Shown: positions 9,911 to 20,925 of the stretch, one piece after another
How the letters are laid out: every line of letters starts with the position of its first letter
How positions within the stretch are numbered: the stretch's first letter is position 1
NCBI GenBank assembly: GCA_048937405.1
Contig: JBHLNF010000006.1
Span: 32,001-96,000 of the forward strand
Direction of reading: 5' to 3'
Source of the DNA: Promethearchaeota archaeon
GTDB taxonomy: Archaea > Asgardarchaeota > Lokiarchaeia > Sigyniarchaeales > SOKP01
DNA length: 64,000 bases
Position numbers and translations under genes: made by a program
Notes under the pieces: generated by a model
What the model saw: the letters and a program-made list of their open reading frames with translations, nothing else
What the model was told of the DNA's origin: nothing
Databases searched by the model: none

Positions 9911-10885
9911 ATGTTTTCAAGCGAACATATGATTAGAAAACAGGAAATCATTGCCTATTTATTATTAATCTTAACTATGGTTATTTGGGGTGGTACTTGG
10001 CCACTAGGTCGATGGTTAGTATCTGAAGAAGTTGGAGGTGAAACAATCCCTCCATTTATGATCGCTTTTATTCGCTATTTCTTAGCAATAATTTGTTTTT
10101 TTCTTATCCTCAAATATAAAGAAGGTACACTAAATTGGCAATTTGCCAAAAAAAATTGGAAAATATTAATAATAATGGGACTGCTTTCTGTGACAATTTA
10201 TCAAGCAGGTTATCTTATAGGAGAAATTTTTACAGCTGCTAGCGATGCAAGTATAATGGTAGCTACAAATGCTATTTGGGTTGTAATTCTTTCAAGCACT
10301 TTTTTAAAGACAGAATTTTTTACATGGAAAAAAGTGTCTGGGACTTTATTAGCTTTTATAGCTATTATTATCGTTGTAGGTTTTTCTCCAAATGTTGAAG
10401 TTTCTAATCGGATATTAGGAGATGTTTTAATTTTGTTAGCAGCCTTTGCATATGCTACGTATACTGTTATTTCACGCTATTTTATCAACAAAAGTAAAAT
10501 TAAGCCTGATTCTTATCAACCAAGTTCGATATGGATTATGACGTGGGTATCTTTTTTTGGTTTTTTAACAACCACTCCAATAGCTTTAGTTTTCAATCCA
10601 GAATTTCTCAATCCACTTGAATATATTTCAATACCCTCCCGTATATGGATTGGTATTATATATTTAGCGTTTTTATCCACAGTAGGAGCATATACCTTTT
10701 ATCTAGAAGGTGTAAAACGTTTGGATGCCAGTCGAGCGGCAATTTTCCAAACATTAGTACCTCTATTTGGTGTCATTTTCTCAGCAATATTTTTACAAGA
10801 AAAGTTCGATATTTTTATTTACCCTTTTGCCTTATTCTTGGTAATTTTTGGAATATATCTTGTAAATTATAAGTCCTCCTCTTAA
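9911..10885 (+). CDS. DMT/EamA family transporter
   Basis: IWGGTW N-terminal motif, about 10 TM in two EamA repeats, G.L...LAA..YA.YTV. Confidence 0.9.
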   Translation: MFSSEHMIRKQEIIAYLLLILTMVIWGGTWPLGRWLVSEEVGGETIPPFMIAFIRYFLAIICFFLILKYKEGTLNWQFAKKNWKILIIMGLLSVTIYQAGYLIGEIFTAASDASIMVATNAIWVVILSSTFLKTEFFTWKKVSGTLLAFIAIIIVVGFSPNVEVSNRILGDVLILLAAFAYATYTVISRYFINKSKIKPDSYQPSSIWIMTWVSFFGFLTTTPIALVFNPEFLNPLEYISIPSRIWIGIIYLAFLSTVGAYTFYLEGVKRLDASRAAIFQTLVPLFGVIFSAIFLQEKFDIFIYPFALFLVIFGIYLVNYKSSS

Positions 10886-11167
10886 ATTGAAGATTAAATC
10901 TTTTCAAAGAGTAATAAAAAATTTTATCATAAATACCAACTTCCAGATTCTATTTCTGGAGAAATTACTGTAGTTTACAAAAGAAATTTTGGTCAATTTA
11001 ATAAAGAAAATAATTCCTTTATAGAGGGATTATTTATGTATATAGTTTAAAAAAGATATAGAAGATGAATAATTTCATAAATACTAAAAAATTTAATAAT
11101 CATATTTAAGTATTTAATTGAAAATATAAGAAAATAGATAAGACTTAATAATACTTCAGGTTATATC

Positions 11168-11437
11168 ATGTCTGACTCATCTAAATCAGACTTGGAAAAT
11201 AAAATAAAAGCAGAATATAATAAGAAATTAAAAGATTTAGAAACTAAATTGGTAAAATTACACTACGAATTAAAAAAAATTGAAGGGATTTTCACTCACG
11301 AAACGAAAAGAGTCGATCATTTAAAGCTTTCTAAATTAAAAGCAAAAAGATCAGAATTAAACTCAAATATTATTCAAATAAGAAAAGAAATAAAAAAAGT
11401 TCAAAAAGAAAAAATTAAGAAACTAAGAAAATTGTAA
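11168..11437 (+). CDS. Small basic coiled-coil protein
   Basis: 89-aa Lys/Glu/Leu heptad-rich ORF. Confidence 0.6.
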   Translation: MSDSSKSDLENKIKAEYNKKLKDLETKLVKLHYELKKIEGIFTHETKRVDHLKLSKLKAKRSELNSNIIQIRKEIKKVQKEKIKKLRKL

Positions 11438-11559
11438 AAAAACTAAGTTGATCTCACTAAATATGGTATAAATATAATTTTAAAAATAATGACCTGGAAA
11501 TTTTATATAAAATCAACTAAATGTTTTTATATTTTAATTTTTTCCTTTAACAAAGAAGA

Positions 11560-11907
11560 ATGAAGGACAAAAAAGATTATTATGAGCTTTTGGGTATTGA
11601 TAAAAATTCTTCGGAAGAGGAGATTAAGTTAGCTTATAGAAGATTGGCTAAAAAATTCCATCCTGATCTAAATAAATCAGATCCTCAAGCGAAAGAAAAA
11701 TTTATAGAAATAAAAGAAGCTTATGAGACATTAATAGATCCTTCAAAACGTAAAATATATGATCAATTAAAGTATAATCCTCGAACATTTGATTGGAGTG
11801 ATCTATTGAGAATAACAAATTTTAATATTTTTAGACAGATATTAATAGAAATATATAGAAATCGAACTCCTTATAATAAATCACCTCCAGAAGGAATGTA
11901 CATCTAA
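11560..11907 (+). CDS. J-domain (DnaJ-class) protein, J-domain only
   Basis: DYYELLG...[14 protein letters not shown]...AYETL.D..KRKIYD. Confidence 0.9.
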   Translation: MKDKKDYYELLGIDKNSSEEEIKLAYRRLAKKFHPDLNKSDPQAKEKFIEIKEAYETLIDPSKRKIYDQLKYNPRTFDWSDLLRITNFNIFRQILIEIYRNRTPYNKSPPEGMYI

Positions 11908-12038
11908 TTCTATATTAGAGATCATGAAAAAGATGATTTATTTTATCAAAAAAGGAGTATACAAATCATGCGTTTAGTTTTCTAGATCTTAATTAATTTA
12001 TGAAAAAATAATTAAAATGAAGAAATGATAATATAATT

Positions 12039-12164
12039 ATGACTGAAACAATTCAAGAAATGGGAAATTGTGAAAAGTGTGGTGCGGAGATCAATCTCGC
12101 TGAAGCATGGCGAGTTAATGAGGAATACTATTGCCAAAATTGCTTTGAGAAATTAAATCTCTAA
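12039..12164 (+). CDS. 41-aa zinc-finger microprotein (CxxC...CxxC), not in ORF track
   Basis: Manual translation MTETIQEMGNCEKCGAEINLAEAWRVNEEYYCQNCFEKLNL*. Confidence 0.7.
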   Translation: MTETIQEMGNCEKCGAEINLAEAWRVNEEYYCQNCFEKLNL

Positions 12165-12706
12165 CTTTATTTCTTTAAATCATAAGATTTAAGTATAATT
12201 TACATATTTAATTCATTTTCTGTAAATAAATAGTATTTTGATACAATACGTTGATGCTACTTACACAGTAATTTTCTTAATTCAAAAATTCCCTTCTTTT
12301 ATCACTTTACTATTATTTAATAATTCACTTATTTTTATTTTTCAAGAATCATTCCATTTTTATCCAGTATCATCAAAAGTAGAATTCTCCAGAATTTATT
12401 CGAGCACCTGAAATTAAAGAGTTAAAGAGGGAAGATGTTAACAAGATATTTATCTTTATGTTGTTATCTATATTTGTAATAAGAAATTCTCTATCATGCT
12501 TGCTTATTTAAATTTATGTTTTTTCGGAAATCGTTGATTTGCAATCTTATTAACATTATAAATTCATCAATTTTGCTGTATTTACCTGAATAATAGAAAT
12601 ATTCAATTAGAATTTTTACGGCGATAACACGTGAGAGAATTATAATTTTTATGCAATGTTATTAAAAAAGTGATTAGCTTACATCTTAATAATATATGAT
12701 TAGAAT

Positions 12707-14101
12707 ATGAGAAAAATAAACACTAAGATGTTATTTCACAAATCTACGAATAATACTTTTATTTATATTATTGCGATGGTATCAGGAATTAGCGGGATGT
12801 TATTTGGTTATGATACTGGTGTTATATCTGGTGCTATTCTATTTATCAAGCAAGATTATACTCTTTTACCATTTTTACAGGAATTAATTGTTAGTGCTGT
12901 ATTAATTGGAGCAATAATCGGAGCTTTTATAGGGGGATCGTTAGCTGATCGTTATGGACGAAGAAAAATGATTATTATTGCCGCAATTATATTTGCTGGT
13001 GGTGCTATTGGGACCTCATTAACAATCGATATATTATTCCTGGTCATAGGAAGAGTAATTGTAGGAATTGCTATAGGGATGGCATCCTTTATTGCTCCAC
13101 TCTATATCTCTGAAATGTCTCCACCAAAGATTAGAGGATCATTAGTGTCTTTGAATCAATTATTTATTACTATAGGAATTGTCATATCTTACTTGGTGGA
13201 TTATGCCTTTACACCTATAAGTGGGTGGCGTTATATGCTTGGTTTAGCAGCTATTCCTGCTCTTATATTATTAATAGCAATGATCTTTATGCCAAACAGC
13301 CCACGATGGCTAATTAATAAAGGAAAGGTAAATAAAGCACGTTCTACATTAATTGAGATTCGAAGGACAAATAATATCAATAATGAACTCAATGAAATTA
13401 TCACTAGCCTCGATAAGCAAAAAGGAGGAAGAAAAGATTTGCTTAATCCTTTAATAAGACCTGCAATGATTGTGGGTATATCATTAGCGATTTTTCAACA
13501 AGTTACTGGAATTAACACCGTGATATATTATGCCCCAACCATTTTTGAATTTGCAGGATTTCAATCAGCTGCAGCTGCTATCTTTGCTACAATCATAGTT
13601 GGAATTGTGAATGTGGGCTTTACTATTATTGCAATATTTTTGTTGGATCGCGTCGGACGGCGTAAATTATTGTTACTCGGTTTAACTGGCATGAGTGGGA
13701 TGCTTATAATGCTAGGGTTTGTATTCTTTTTACCAAGTTTATTAAATCAATTAGGAACGTTAGCAGCAATCAGTTTAATAGCATATGTCGCCTTTTTTGC
13801 AATTGGATTGGGACCAGTATTTTGGTTATTAATATCTGAGATATACCCTCTGAAAGTTAGAGGACGTGCAATGAGCGTTGTAACAGAAGCTAACTGGGGA
13901 TCTAACTTGATCATTGCGCTAACCTTTTTAACTTTGATACAATTATTAGGACGTTCAGGTACATTTTGGTTTTATGCCATTGTAGGAATAATGGCATTAA
14001 TCTTTACATATATTTACGTTCCAGAAACTAAGGGAAGAACCCTAGAAGAAATTGAAGAACATTGGCGTGGTGGAAAACATCCACGAGAATTGGGGAAGTG
14101 A
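12707..14101 (+). CDS. Sugar porter family MFS transporter
   Basis: GYDTGVISGA, DRYGRR, YISEMSP..IRG, QQVTGINTVIYY, PETKGRTLEEIE. Confidence 0.95.
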   Translation: MRKINTKMLFHKSTNNTFIYIIAMVSGISGMLFGYDTGVISGAILFIKQDYTLLPFLQELIVSAVLIGAIIGAFIGGSLADRYGRRKMIIIAAIIFAGGAIGTSLTIDILFLVIGRVIVGIAIGMASFIAPLYISEMSPPKIRGSLVSLNQLFITIGIVISYLVDYAFTPISGWRYMLGLAAIPALILLIAMIFMPNSPRWLINKGKVNKARSTLIEIRRTNNINNELNEIITSLDKQKGGRKDLLNPLIRPAMIVGISLAIFQQVTGINTVIYYAPTIFEFAGFQSAAAAIFATIIVGIVNVGFTIIAIFLLDRVGRRKLLLLGLTGMSGMLIMLGFVFFLPSLLNQLGTLAAISLIAYVAFFAIGLGPVFWLLISEIYPLKVRGRAMSVVTEANWGSNLIIALTFLTLIQLLGRSGTFWFYAIVGIMALIFTYIYVPETKGRTLEEIEEHWRGGKHPRELGK

Positions 14102-14107
14102 TATTTT

Positions 14108-16528
14108 ATGAATCAAATGGAATCAGACTATGATGGTGAGGCACCAGGATACCCTGGAAAAGAGCCCAGTTGGACATCAAGTACAAAAGATGGAGTAGGG
14201 ACATCAATATCACATGAAAGTTTAGTTTGGTTTACATTATCTAATGGTATAATTGATGAGGTATATTATCCTCGTATTGATCAAGCTGATATTCGCGACT
14301 TTCAATTTCTTATTTCTGATAATACTAATTTTTTCGAAGAAGAAAGAATTAACTGTGATCATAAGATTTCAACATTAAAGGAGGGAGTACCGGTATATAA
14401 GATCACAAATACCTCACATAAAAGAAGATATATGATAGAAAAAATAATTCTAACTGATCCTCGAAGGAATGTACTCTTGTTAAAAGTAAAGTTTACTCCC
14501 TTGAAAGGAAATTTAGATGAATATCATCTTTATACAATTTTAAATCCTCATATTAAAAACTTTGGTTATGGAAACAATAGCTGGGTGGGTAATTATAAAG
14601 GCGTTCCTATGCTTTTTGCTCAGAGAGAAAATATTGTACTAGCATTAGCATGTTCTACACCTTTTTTTAACATGAGCTGTGGGTATTATGGTATAAGTGA
14701 TGGTTGGCAAGATATAAATAAAAATCATATTTTAAAGCATCGATATTCTCACGCATCAAATGGAAATGTTGTAATAACGGGAGAAATTGATTTGAAAGTA
14801 AGTAGGGGAAATTTTATTATTGCAGTTGCATTTGGTAATAATCCGGCAGAAGCAGGACAACTTGCCCGTGCTACTTTGTATAACAATATTAATCAAATAA
14901 TTGAGGCTTACATGTCTTCTTGGTTAAAATTTCAGCAAAATTGTACAAACTTAGGTCATGTTGGAGAAAAAGGATTTAATATTTACCGGTTGAGTATTGT
15001 AGTTTTAAAGACTCATATGGATAAACGCTTTTCAGATGGCACAATAGCGAGTTTATCAATTCCTTGGGGATTTGCGAAAGGTGACGATGATTTAGGGGGT
15101 TATCACTTAGTATGGCCTAGGGATCTTGTTGAAACTGCAGGTGGGCTTCTTGCAGTGGGAGCTAATTTAGAAGCTTTACAAATTATGATTTATTTAATGA
15201 GTACTCAAAATAAAGATGGACACTGGCCTCAAAATATGTGGTTAGATGGCACCGAATATTGGCATGGAATACAAATGGATGAAACTGCTTTTCCAATATT
15301 ACTAGCAAATGCTTTAAAAGAAAAAGGGCTACTTAAAGAGATTAATATTTGGCCTACTATAAGGAAAGCCGTGAGTTATATAGCATGTAATGGTCCTGTC
15401 TCTCAAGAGGATCGATGGGAAGAAGATTCAGGTTATTCTCCCTTCACTTTAGCAGTAGAAATTGCTGCTTTACTCATTGCATCAGAATTTGCTAGAGAAG
15501 CAGGAGAATTGCAAATTGCGAAATATTTAACAGAATTAGCAGACAATTGGAATTCCAATATCGAAAAATGGACTTATGTTAAGAATTCACATCTCGCCAA
15601 AAGGCTAAATGTCGAAGGTTATTATGTTCGAATAAGTCCTCCTGATCTTCCGGATGTCACTTCTCCCAAGGATGGTTATGTTCCAATTAAAAATAGACCT
15701 CCTGGTGAAAGTAAAGCTCTTTTTGAATATATCGTTAGTCCCGATGCGTTAGCTTTAGTACGATTTGGATTACGTGCTGCTGATGATATAAGAATAGTCA
15801 ACACAGTGAAAGTTATTGATTCTATGTTAAAAACAATAACTTCTACTGGTCCTACATGGCATCGTTATAATAAGGATGGTTATGGAGAACATTCAAATGG
15901 AGATCCTTTCGATGGTACTGGAATTGGTAGGGGATGGCCACTTTTAGCAGGTGAACGTGCTCACTATGAATTAGCGAAAGGCGATATTGATACAGCAAGA
16001 AAGCTTTTAAAAGTGATAGAAGCGCAGGTTGGTTCGGGAGGACTTATTCCCGAACAAATTTGGGATGCAGATGATATTCCTCAAAAAAATCTGTATAATG
16101 GGCATCCCTCAGGTTCCGCCATGCCCTTGGTCTGGGCGCATTCTGAATATGTAAAATTAGTGCGATCATTAGAAGATAACAAAATTTTTGATATGCCACT
16201 TCAAACTAAACTAAGATATGTTGAAGAAAACCATCCATCGAATCTAAAAATCTGGAAATATAATCATAAATTTTCTCAAATGAGCTTAGGAAAGATTTTG
16301 AGAATTGAATTGAGAGCTGAAGCTAGTGTTCGATGGTCCAGTAATGATTGGAATACCTTTCAAGAGTCTAAAACAATTGATACAGGGTTAGGTATCTATT
16401 ATGTAGATTTACCGACAAAAGATATGGATAAACCAGTAAATTTGAGTTTTACCTTCCATTGGTTAAACCAAGATAAATGGGAAAATTCAAATTATGAAAT
16501 CGAATTGACTTCTAAGAGTCCTGATTAA
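14108..16528 (+). CDS. GH15 glucoamylase/glucodextranase (glucan 1,4-alpha-glucosidase)
   Basis: Glucodextranase-N-type start (APGYPG...K.GVGT), GGYHLVWPRDL, DRWEE, GRGWPLLAGER, PEQIWD, SAMPLVWAHSEY. Confidence 0.92.
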   Translation: MNQMESDYDGEAPGYPGKEPSWTSSTKDGVGTSISHESLVWFTLSNGIIDEVYYPRIDQADIRDFQFLISDNTNFFEEERINCDHKISTLKEGVPVYKITNTSHKRRYMIEKIILTDPRRNVLLLKVKFTPLKGNLDEYHLYTILNPHIKNFGYGNNSWVGNYKGVPMLFAQRENIVLALACSTPFFNMSCGYYGISDGWQDINKNHILKHRYSHASNGNVVITGEIDLKVSRGNFIIAVAFGNNPAEAGQLARATLYNNINQIIEAYMSSWLKFQQNCTNLGHVGEKGFNIYRLSIVVLKTHMDKRFSDGTIASLSIPWGFAKGDDDLGGYHLVWPRDLVETAGGLLAVGANLEALQIMIYLMSTQNKDGHWPQNMWLDGTEYWHGIQMDETAFPILLANALKEKGLLKEINIWPTIRKAVSYIACNGPVSQEDRWEEDSGYSPFTLAVEIAALLIASEFAREAGELQIAKYLTELADNWNSNIEKWTYVKNSHLAKRLNVEGYYVRISPPDLPDVTSPKDGYVPIKNRPPGESKALFEYIVSPDALALVRFGLRAADDIRIVNTVKVIDSMLKTITSTGPTWHRYNKDGYGEHSNGDPFDGTGIGRGWPLLAGERAHYELAKGDIDTARKLLKVIEAQVGSGGLIPEQIWDADDIPQKNLYNGHPSGSAMPLVWAHSEYVKLVRSLEDNKIFDMPLQTKLRYVEENHPSNLKIWKYNHKFSQMSLGKILRIELRAEASVRWSSNDWNTFQESKTIDTGLGIYYVDLPTKDMDKPVNLSFTFHWLNQDKWENSNYEIELTSKSPD

Positions 16529-16751
16529 TAAATATTTTATTTTAGCCATTATAAGAAAAAGACTTAAATATCCATTGTTACTAAAGATTCAAATTTTGTT
16601 TTAAGTAAAATTTGATTTAGTAATTTTTTTTTTAATTAACATTGATCTAGCAATTTATTCAGGGATAATAATGGAGTTTAGAGGAATTAATATATTTATA
16701 CCTCATGAAAAAGATATAAAAAGTAATCAAGAATTCCATAAGATAATTTAA

Positions 16752-17258
16752 TTAATTGATTTTTTTATTATTACCTTCGTTATCATTGTTTTTGTTAATT
16801 TCAGGAATAATAATTGAATGATCTTCTTTAATCCGGTCTAAAACAATTTCTGTTTTAACTTCTTCAACTCCCGGTAAATTACGGAGTTTTTCTATTAGAC
16901 CCATCGAATCTTGATGATTCAGACATTTTGCCATAATGAATAAAGGATATTCACCTGTTACTACATACGCATATTTAACTTTATCCATGTTTTCAATCTC
17001 AGTTTTAACGTCTTCTAAGGGATATGATGCGTTTACTCTTAATGAAGCCATAACCATTTCTCGATACCCTAATTCTCTACAATCTATCAATGCAACGTAT
17101 TTTTTAATATAGTCTTTCTCAAGGCGTTGTAACCGGCTTCTTACAGCCGTTTGACTCTTGCCAACTACATAAGATATCTCTTTTATAGTAATTTTAGCAT
17201 CATTTTGGAGAAGTTCCAAGATTTGTCTATCAATATCATTTATATTTTCTATTGTCAT
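16752..17258 (-). CDS. Lrp/AsnC family transcriptional regulator, divergent from the Hdr operon
   Basis: IDRQILELLQNDAK..IKEIS..VG.S..AV.SRLQRL HTH; C-terminal RAM domain (VTGEY). Confidence 0.92.
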   Translation of the reverse strand: MTIENINDIDRQILELLQNDAKITIKEISYVVGKSQTAVRSRLQRLEKDYIKKYVALIDCRELGYREMVMASLRVNASYPLEDVKTEIENMDKVKYAYVVTGEYPLFIMAKCLNHQDSMGLIEKLRNLPGVEEVKTEIVLDRIKEDHSIIIPEINKNNDNEGNNKKIN

Positions 17259-17509
17259 TTAAAAAATCATCCTTTCTTAAAATTTTAAACTAAATTCATC
17301 TATATTAAATAATAATTAGTTTTTAAAGTATATAATTTTTTTCACTATTTTAAGTTTAATCATTAGATTTATTCGCTATTTTTACCCAAGATTTATAGAA
17401 AAAAAAACTATAATTTATATATGAATTTGCATTTTTAACTAATAAAGTAATTACATATAGATTATTATAATAGTAAAAAAATAAAAAATAGAAAAAAAAA
17501 CTAAAAAAA

Positions 17510-17743
17510 GTGAAAAAAATGGCAGTTCATACATTTAATTATACTGGCTTAAAATGTCCAATGCCAGTTTTGAAAACCAAAAAGGAATTAAGAAAATTAG
17601 CTTCTGGAGATGTTCTAGAGGTAATTGCTGATGATGTCGGTGCTAAAAAGGATATACCGGCGTTAGTTAATAAATCCGGCGATGAATTAATAGAACTTAG
17701 AGAAGATAATGGAAATATTACATTTGTAATAAAAAAAGCATAA
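17510..17743 (+). CDS. tusA: Sulfur carrier TusA family
   Basis: GLKCPMPV motif, 77 aa, DD..A..DI. Confidence 0.9.
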   Translation: MKKMAVHTFNYTGLKCPMPVLKTKKELRKLASGDVLEVIADDVGAKKDIPALVNKSGDELIELREDNGNITFVIKKA

Positions 17744-17772
17744 ACTTCAAAGATTAGAGGTTCTGGAAGACT

Positions 17773-18141
17773 ATGAAAACTTATACTTTCTTTGTAAGCA
17801 CTGAGCCTTATAAATTTGAAGCTGTAGATTCATTGATTGAAATAGCAAAAGCTGTGTTAAAAAAAGGTAATTCAATTCGAGGGATATTTTTCTTTGGAAC
17901 AGGCGTATATAATCTTAAAAGGGATATAAGCTGTGGTACTTCAATTAGAAATATTCCAAGTAAAATCCAACAATTTTGTAGAGAAAATAACATTCCTGTA
18001 GCTGGCTGTAGCACTTGGGTTAGTATTACAGGATTAAAAGAACCAGAATTTATTGAAGGAGCGACTGAAGAAGGTTTAGGTGACTTTTCAAATTGGGTTA
18101 TTGAATCAAATAAATTAATTGTATTTGGAGCTGGAGGTTAA
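17773..18141 (+). CDS. dsrE: DsrE/TusD-like sulfurtransferase
   Basis: EPY, GIFFFGTGVYN, conserved Cys (GCSTW..ITG), GLGDF. Confidence 0.8.
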   Translation: MKTYTFFVSTEPYKFEAVDSLIEIAKAVLKKGNSIRGIFFFGTGVYNLKRDISCGTSIRNIPSKIQQFCRENNIPVAGCSTWVSITGLKEPEFIEGATEEGLGDFSNWVIESNKLIVFGAGG

Positions 18142-18146
18142 GAAAG

Positions 18147-18515
18147 ATGGTGGAATCAATTTTAATAATAAGTGATCAATCACCAGTTGGAAAGAATTTT
18201 GCTGCAGAAGCAATTAGGATTGGCTCTGGATTTGTAGCACTGGGAGAATATATAGACTGTAAAATTGTTTTTATGGGAGATGCTGTTTATTTATTCAATA
18301 AAAATGCTTCTCCTGAAACTGTGGGAATGGATTCAATTGATGAAATTCTTGAGATGGCAGAATTATCTGATTTAGAAGTGTATATAATTGAATCAGCTCT
18401 GAATAACGCAGGCTTGACAAAAGAGGATTTAGTAGAATATGAGAGTATGAAGATTATTACTATTGATGATCTAGTAGATCTAATAGAAAATGCGGATGTA
18501 TGTTTTAGATATTAG
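18147..18515 (+). CDS. dsrF: DsrF/TusC-like protein
   Basis: SPVG...EAIR, VFMGDAVY; lies between dsrE and dsrH. Confidence 0.75.
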   Translation: MVESILIISDQSPVGKNFAAEAIRIGSGFVALGEYIDCKIVFMGDAVYLFNKNASPETVGMDSIDEILEMAELSDLEVYIIESALNNAGLTKEDLVEYESMKIITIDDLVDLIENADVCFRY

Positions 18516-18530
18516 GAGGAGGAAAATAAT

Positions 18531-18872
18531 ATGACAGATAATCTTGATATAATTTATTTATTCGGATATAGTAGTAATACTGGAAGGCAATTAGAACGAT
18601 TATTTCCTATTATACATTTACAAAAAGTTAAAAATTCTAAAATTGGCTTAGTTTTAATTCATGATGGAGTAATTGGAATTACAACTAAAGGGAGTATTCC
18701 TAAAGAAATGGAAGACTTTCTTGATTTAAATATTGCTATGTTTGCAATGATTCCTGATTTGAAAGCACGTGGTATATCACTTGATTATATCAGTGAGAAA
18801 ATTAAACTCATCGAATATGACGATCTTATAGATATTTTGGATATAACACCAAAAATAGTATCTTGGATGTAA
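18531..18872 (+). CDS. dsrH: DsrH/TusB-like protein
   Basis: LIHDGV, DLKARGI, I.YDDLID, C-terminal SW. Confidence 0.8.
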   Translation: MTDNLDIIYLFGYSSNTGRQLERLFPIIHLQKVKNSKIGLVLIHDGVIGITTKGSIPKEMEDFLDLNIAMFAMIPDLKARGISLDYISEKIKLIEYDDLIDILDITPKIVSWM

Positions 18873-18969
18873 TGAAATTAAAAAAAAATATAAAAAAAAA
18901 TTTTTTGCAAAAATTCTGACTAATGTCAGTTTAATAATAGTTTTAAACAAATAAATAAAAAAAAAAAAG

Positions 18970-19401
18970 GTGGTATATATGGCTGAAAATGAAACAATAA
19001 ATTTTATTGTAAAGGATAAATCATTCGAAAAGTTTGCAATGATGATGATCCTTGGTACTACAGGTGATGCCATGGACACAAAAATGAATTTTTTCTTTAC
19101 TTTTTGGGGTTTAAATCTTTTAAAAAAGAAATTTAAACCAAAAGTTGCAGGGATGCCTACCCCTATGAAAGGGATGGCAGCGAAAATGTTTAGGAAGAGA
19201 ATGAAAAAATTTGGAATTGAAGATCCATGGGCAATGATTAAAGATGCAGTTGACAGCGGAAATATGAAATTATATCCATGTCAAATGACAATGGATTTAA
19301 TGGGGATTAAGAGAGAAGATTTATTTGATTGGGTTGAAGATCCTGTGGGTGCTGCCTCATTTTTAGAAATGAGTAATGGTGGAAGAATAGTTTCATTATA
19401 A
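18970..19401 (+). CDS. DsrE2-like (DrsE_2) sulfurtransferase
   Basis: FFFTFWGL, PCQMTMDLMGI, VGAASFL. Confidence 0.85.
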   Translation: MVYMAENETINFIVKDKSFEKFAMMMILGTTGDAMDTKMNFFFTFWGLNLLKKKFKPKVAGMPTPMKGMAAKMFRKRMKKFGIEDPWAMIKDAVDSGNMKLYPCQMTMDLMGIKREDLFDWVEDPVGAASFLEMSNGGRIVSL

Positions 19402-19447
19402 AATTAATTTTTTTTTTAATTTTTTATATAAAAAAAGGTGATGATAA

Positions 19448-20005
19448 ATGTCTGATGTAGAAGAACAGACAAGAGAATATAAAACAGACGAAGATTTTGA
19501 TCAAGATTTTTTTAAAAATATTGAAAGGAGGTCAAACATTTGGCAGTGCATCCAATGTGGTACATGCACAGCAAGTTGTGAAAGTGGAAGATGGACTGCT
19601 TTGAAGACTCGTTCAATTATTAGAAAAGTTGTATTAGGAGATTTATCGGTATTAAAAGATCCAGATATTTGGTTATGTACTACATGTTATCAATGTTATG
19701 AGCGATGTCCACGAGATGTAAGACCTACAGATGTAATTATGGAATTGAGAAATTATGCTACTAAATTAGGCAATATTTCTCCCAATCATAGAGCCGTTGT
19801 AGGATATTTGAAAAACTTTGGACATGCTGTACCGATAAATGATGAGGTAAGAAAACGAAGAATCGAATTAGGGTTAGAAGAATTACCCCCTACTGCGTTT
19901 AAATTTAAACAAGAGGGGGATGATAAAGATTTAAAAAATATTGAAGAACATATGTTTGATTTACCTCCAGTCAAGGAGGATAAAAAAGAAAAGGAGGAGA
20001 CATAA
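19448..20005 (+). CDS. hdrC: Heterodisulfide reductase subunit C
   Basis: CIQCGTCTASC and WLCTTCYQCYERCPR (2x 4Fe-4S); GHAVP. Confidence 0.92.
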   Translation: MSDVEEQTREYKTDEDFDQDFFKNIERRSNIWQCIQCGTCTASCESGRWTALKTRSIIRKVVLGDLSVLKDPDIWLCTTCYQCYERCPRDVRPTDVIMELRNYATKLGNISPNHRAVVGYLKNFGHAVPINDEVRKRRIELGLEELPPTAFKFKQEGDDKDLKNIEEHMFDLPPVKEDKKEKEET

Positions 20006-20007
20006 AG

Positions 20008-20925
20008 ATGGTCAAAGAAAATACGTTTGCGTTCTTTTTAGGGTGTATAATGCCTAATCGATATCCTGCTATCGAGAAATCAACGAAATTTGTCATGGAA
20101 AAATTAGGATATGAACTCTTAGATATGGAAAGAGCAACTTGTTGTCCCGCTCCAGGCGTTTTCCGTTCTTTCAATAAAATTGATTGGATGGTAGTTGCTG
20201 CGCGAAATTTATGTATTGCAGAAAAATTAGATGCTGATATTTTAACAGTTTGTAATGGATGCTTTGGTACACTCCAAGAAGTAAATAAACATCTTAAACA
20301 AAACGAAGAACATCGTGAAATGGTCAATAAAAAACTTAAATTATTAGGGGACTATGAATTTAAAGGTACGATTAATGTACGTCATATAGCTGAAGTTTTA
20401 GGATATGAAATTGGACCATGGGGGATTGAAGATCATATAATAAGGAAAGTAAATATTAAGGCTGCTATTCATTATGGATGCCATTTCTTAAAGCCGACAA
20501 GAATTAGAGAAATTGAAAGTTCTGAAGGTCCTACGATAATTGAAGATTTTGTTGAAGTATTAGGTGTCGAATCTGTAAGATTTAATGAACAGCTTACTTG
20601 TTGCGGTGCAGGTGGTGGAGTAAAAGCTTATGATGGTAATTCAAGTATGACAATTTTTGGTGAAAAAATGAAGAATATTGATGAAGTTAAACCAGATATA
20701 ATATTAGATATCTGTCCATTTTGTCATTTACAATTTGAGACAGGACAAGATTATTTAAATAAAAATAAAGCTTGTAATTATGATTATCCTGTAATTCATA
20801 TCTCCCAGCTTGTTGCCTATTGTATGGGAATGGACCAAGAATTTATTGGTCTTCAATATCAGTTAATGGGACGAGAGTTTATTTTTGGGGGAGAACAATT
20901 AAATAAAGAAGAGGAGATTGCTTAA
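20008..20925 (+). CDS. hdrB: Heterodisulfide reductase subunit B
   Basis: Two CCG domains: FLGC...TCCPAPG...VCNGC and HYGCH...CCGAGGG...CPFCHLQF. Confidence 0.93.
   Translation: MVKENTFAFFLGCIMPNRYPAIEKSTKFVMEKLGYELLDMERATCCPAPGVFRSFNKIDWMVVAARNLCIAEKLDADILTVCNGCFGTLQEVNKHLKQNEEHREMVNKKLKLLGDYEFKGTINVRHIAEVLGYEIGPWGIEDHIIRKVNIKAAIHYGCHFLKPTRIREIESSEGPTIIEDFVEVLGVESVRFNEQLTCCGAGGGVKAYDGNSSMTIFGEKMKNIDEVKPDIILDICPFCHLQFETGQDYLNKNKACNYDYPVIHISQLVAYCMGMDQEFIGLQYQLMGREFIFGGEQLNKEEEIA

Noticed and set aside
10931-11050. Short open frame KYQLPDSISGEITVVYKRNFGQ... and a small tccaga/tctgga hairpin
   Set aside because: No start codon or recognisable homology; may be a gene remnant but cannot be supported
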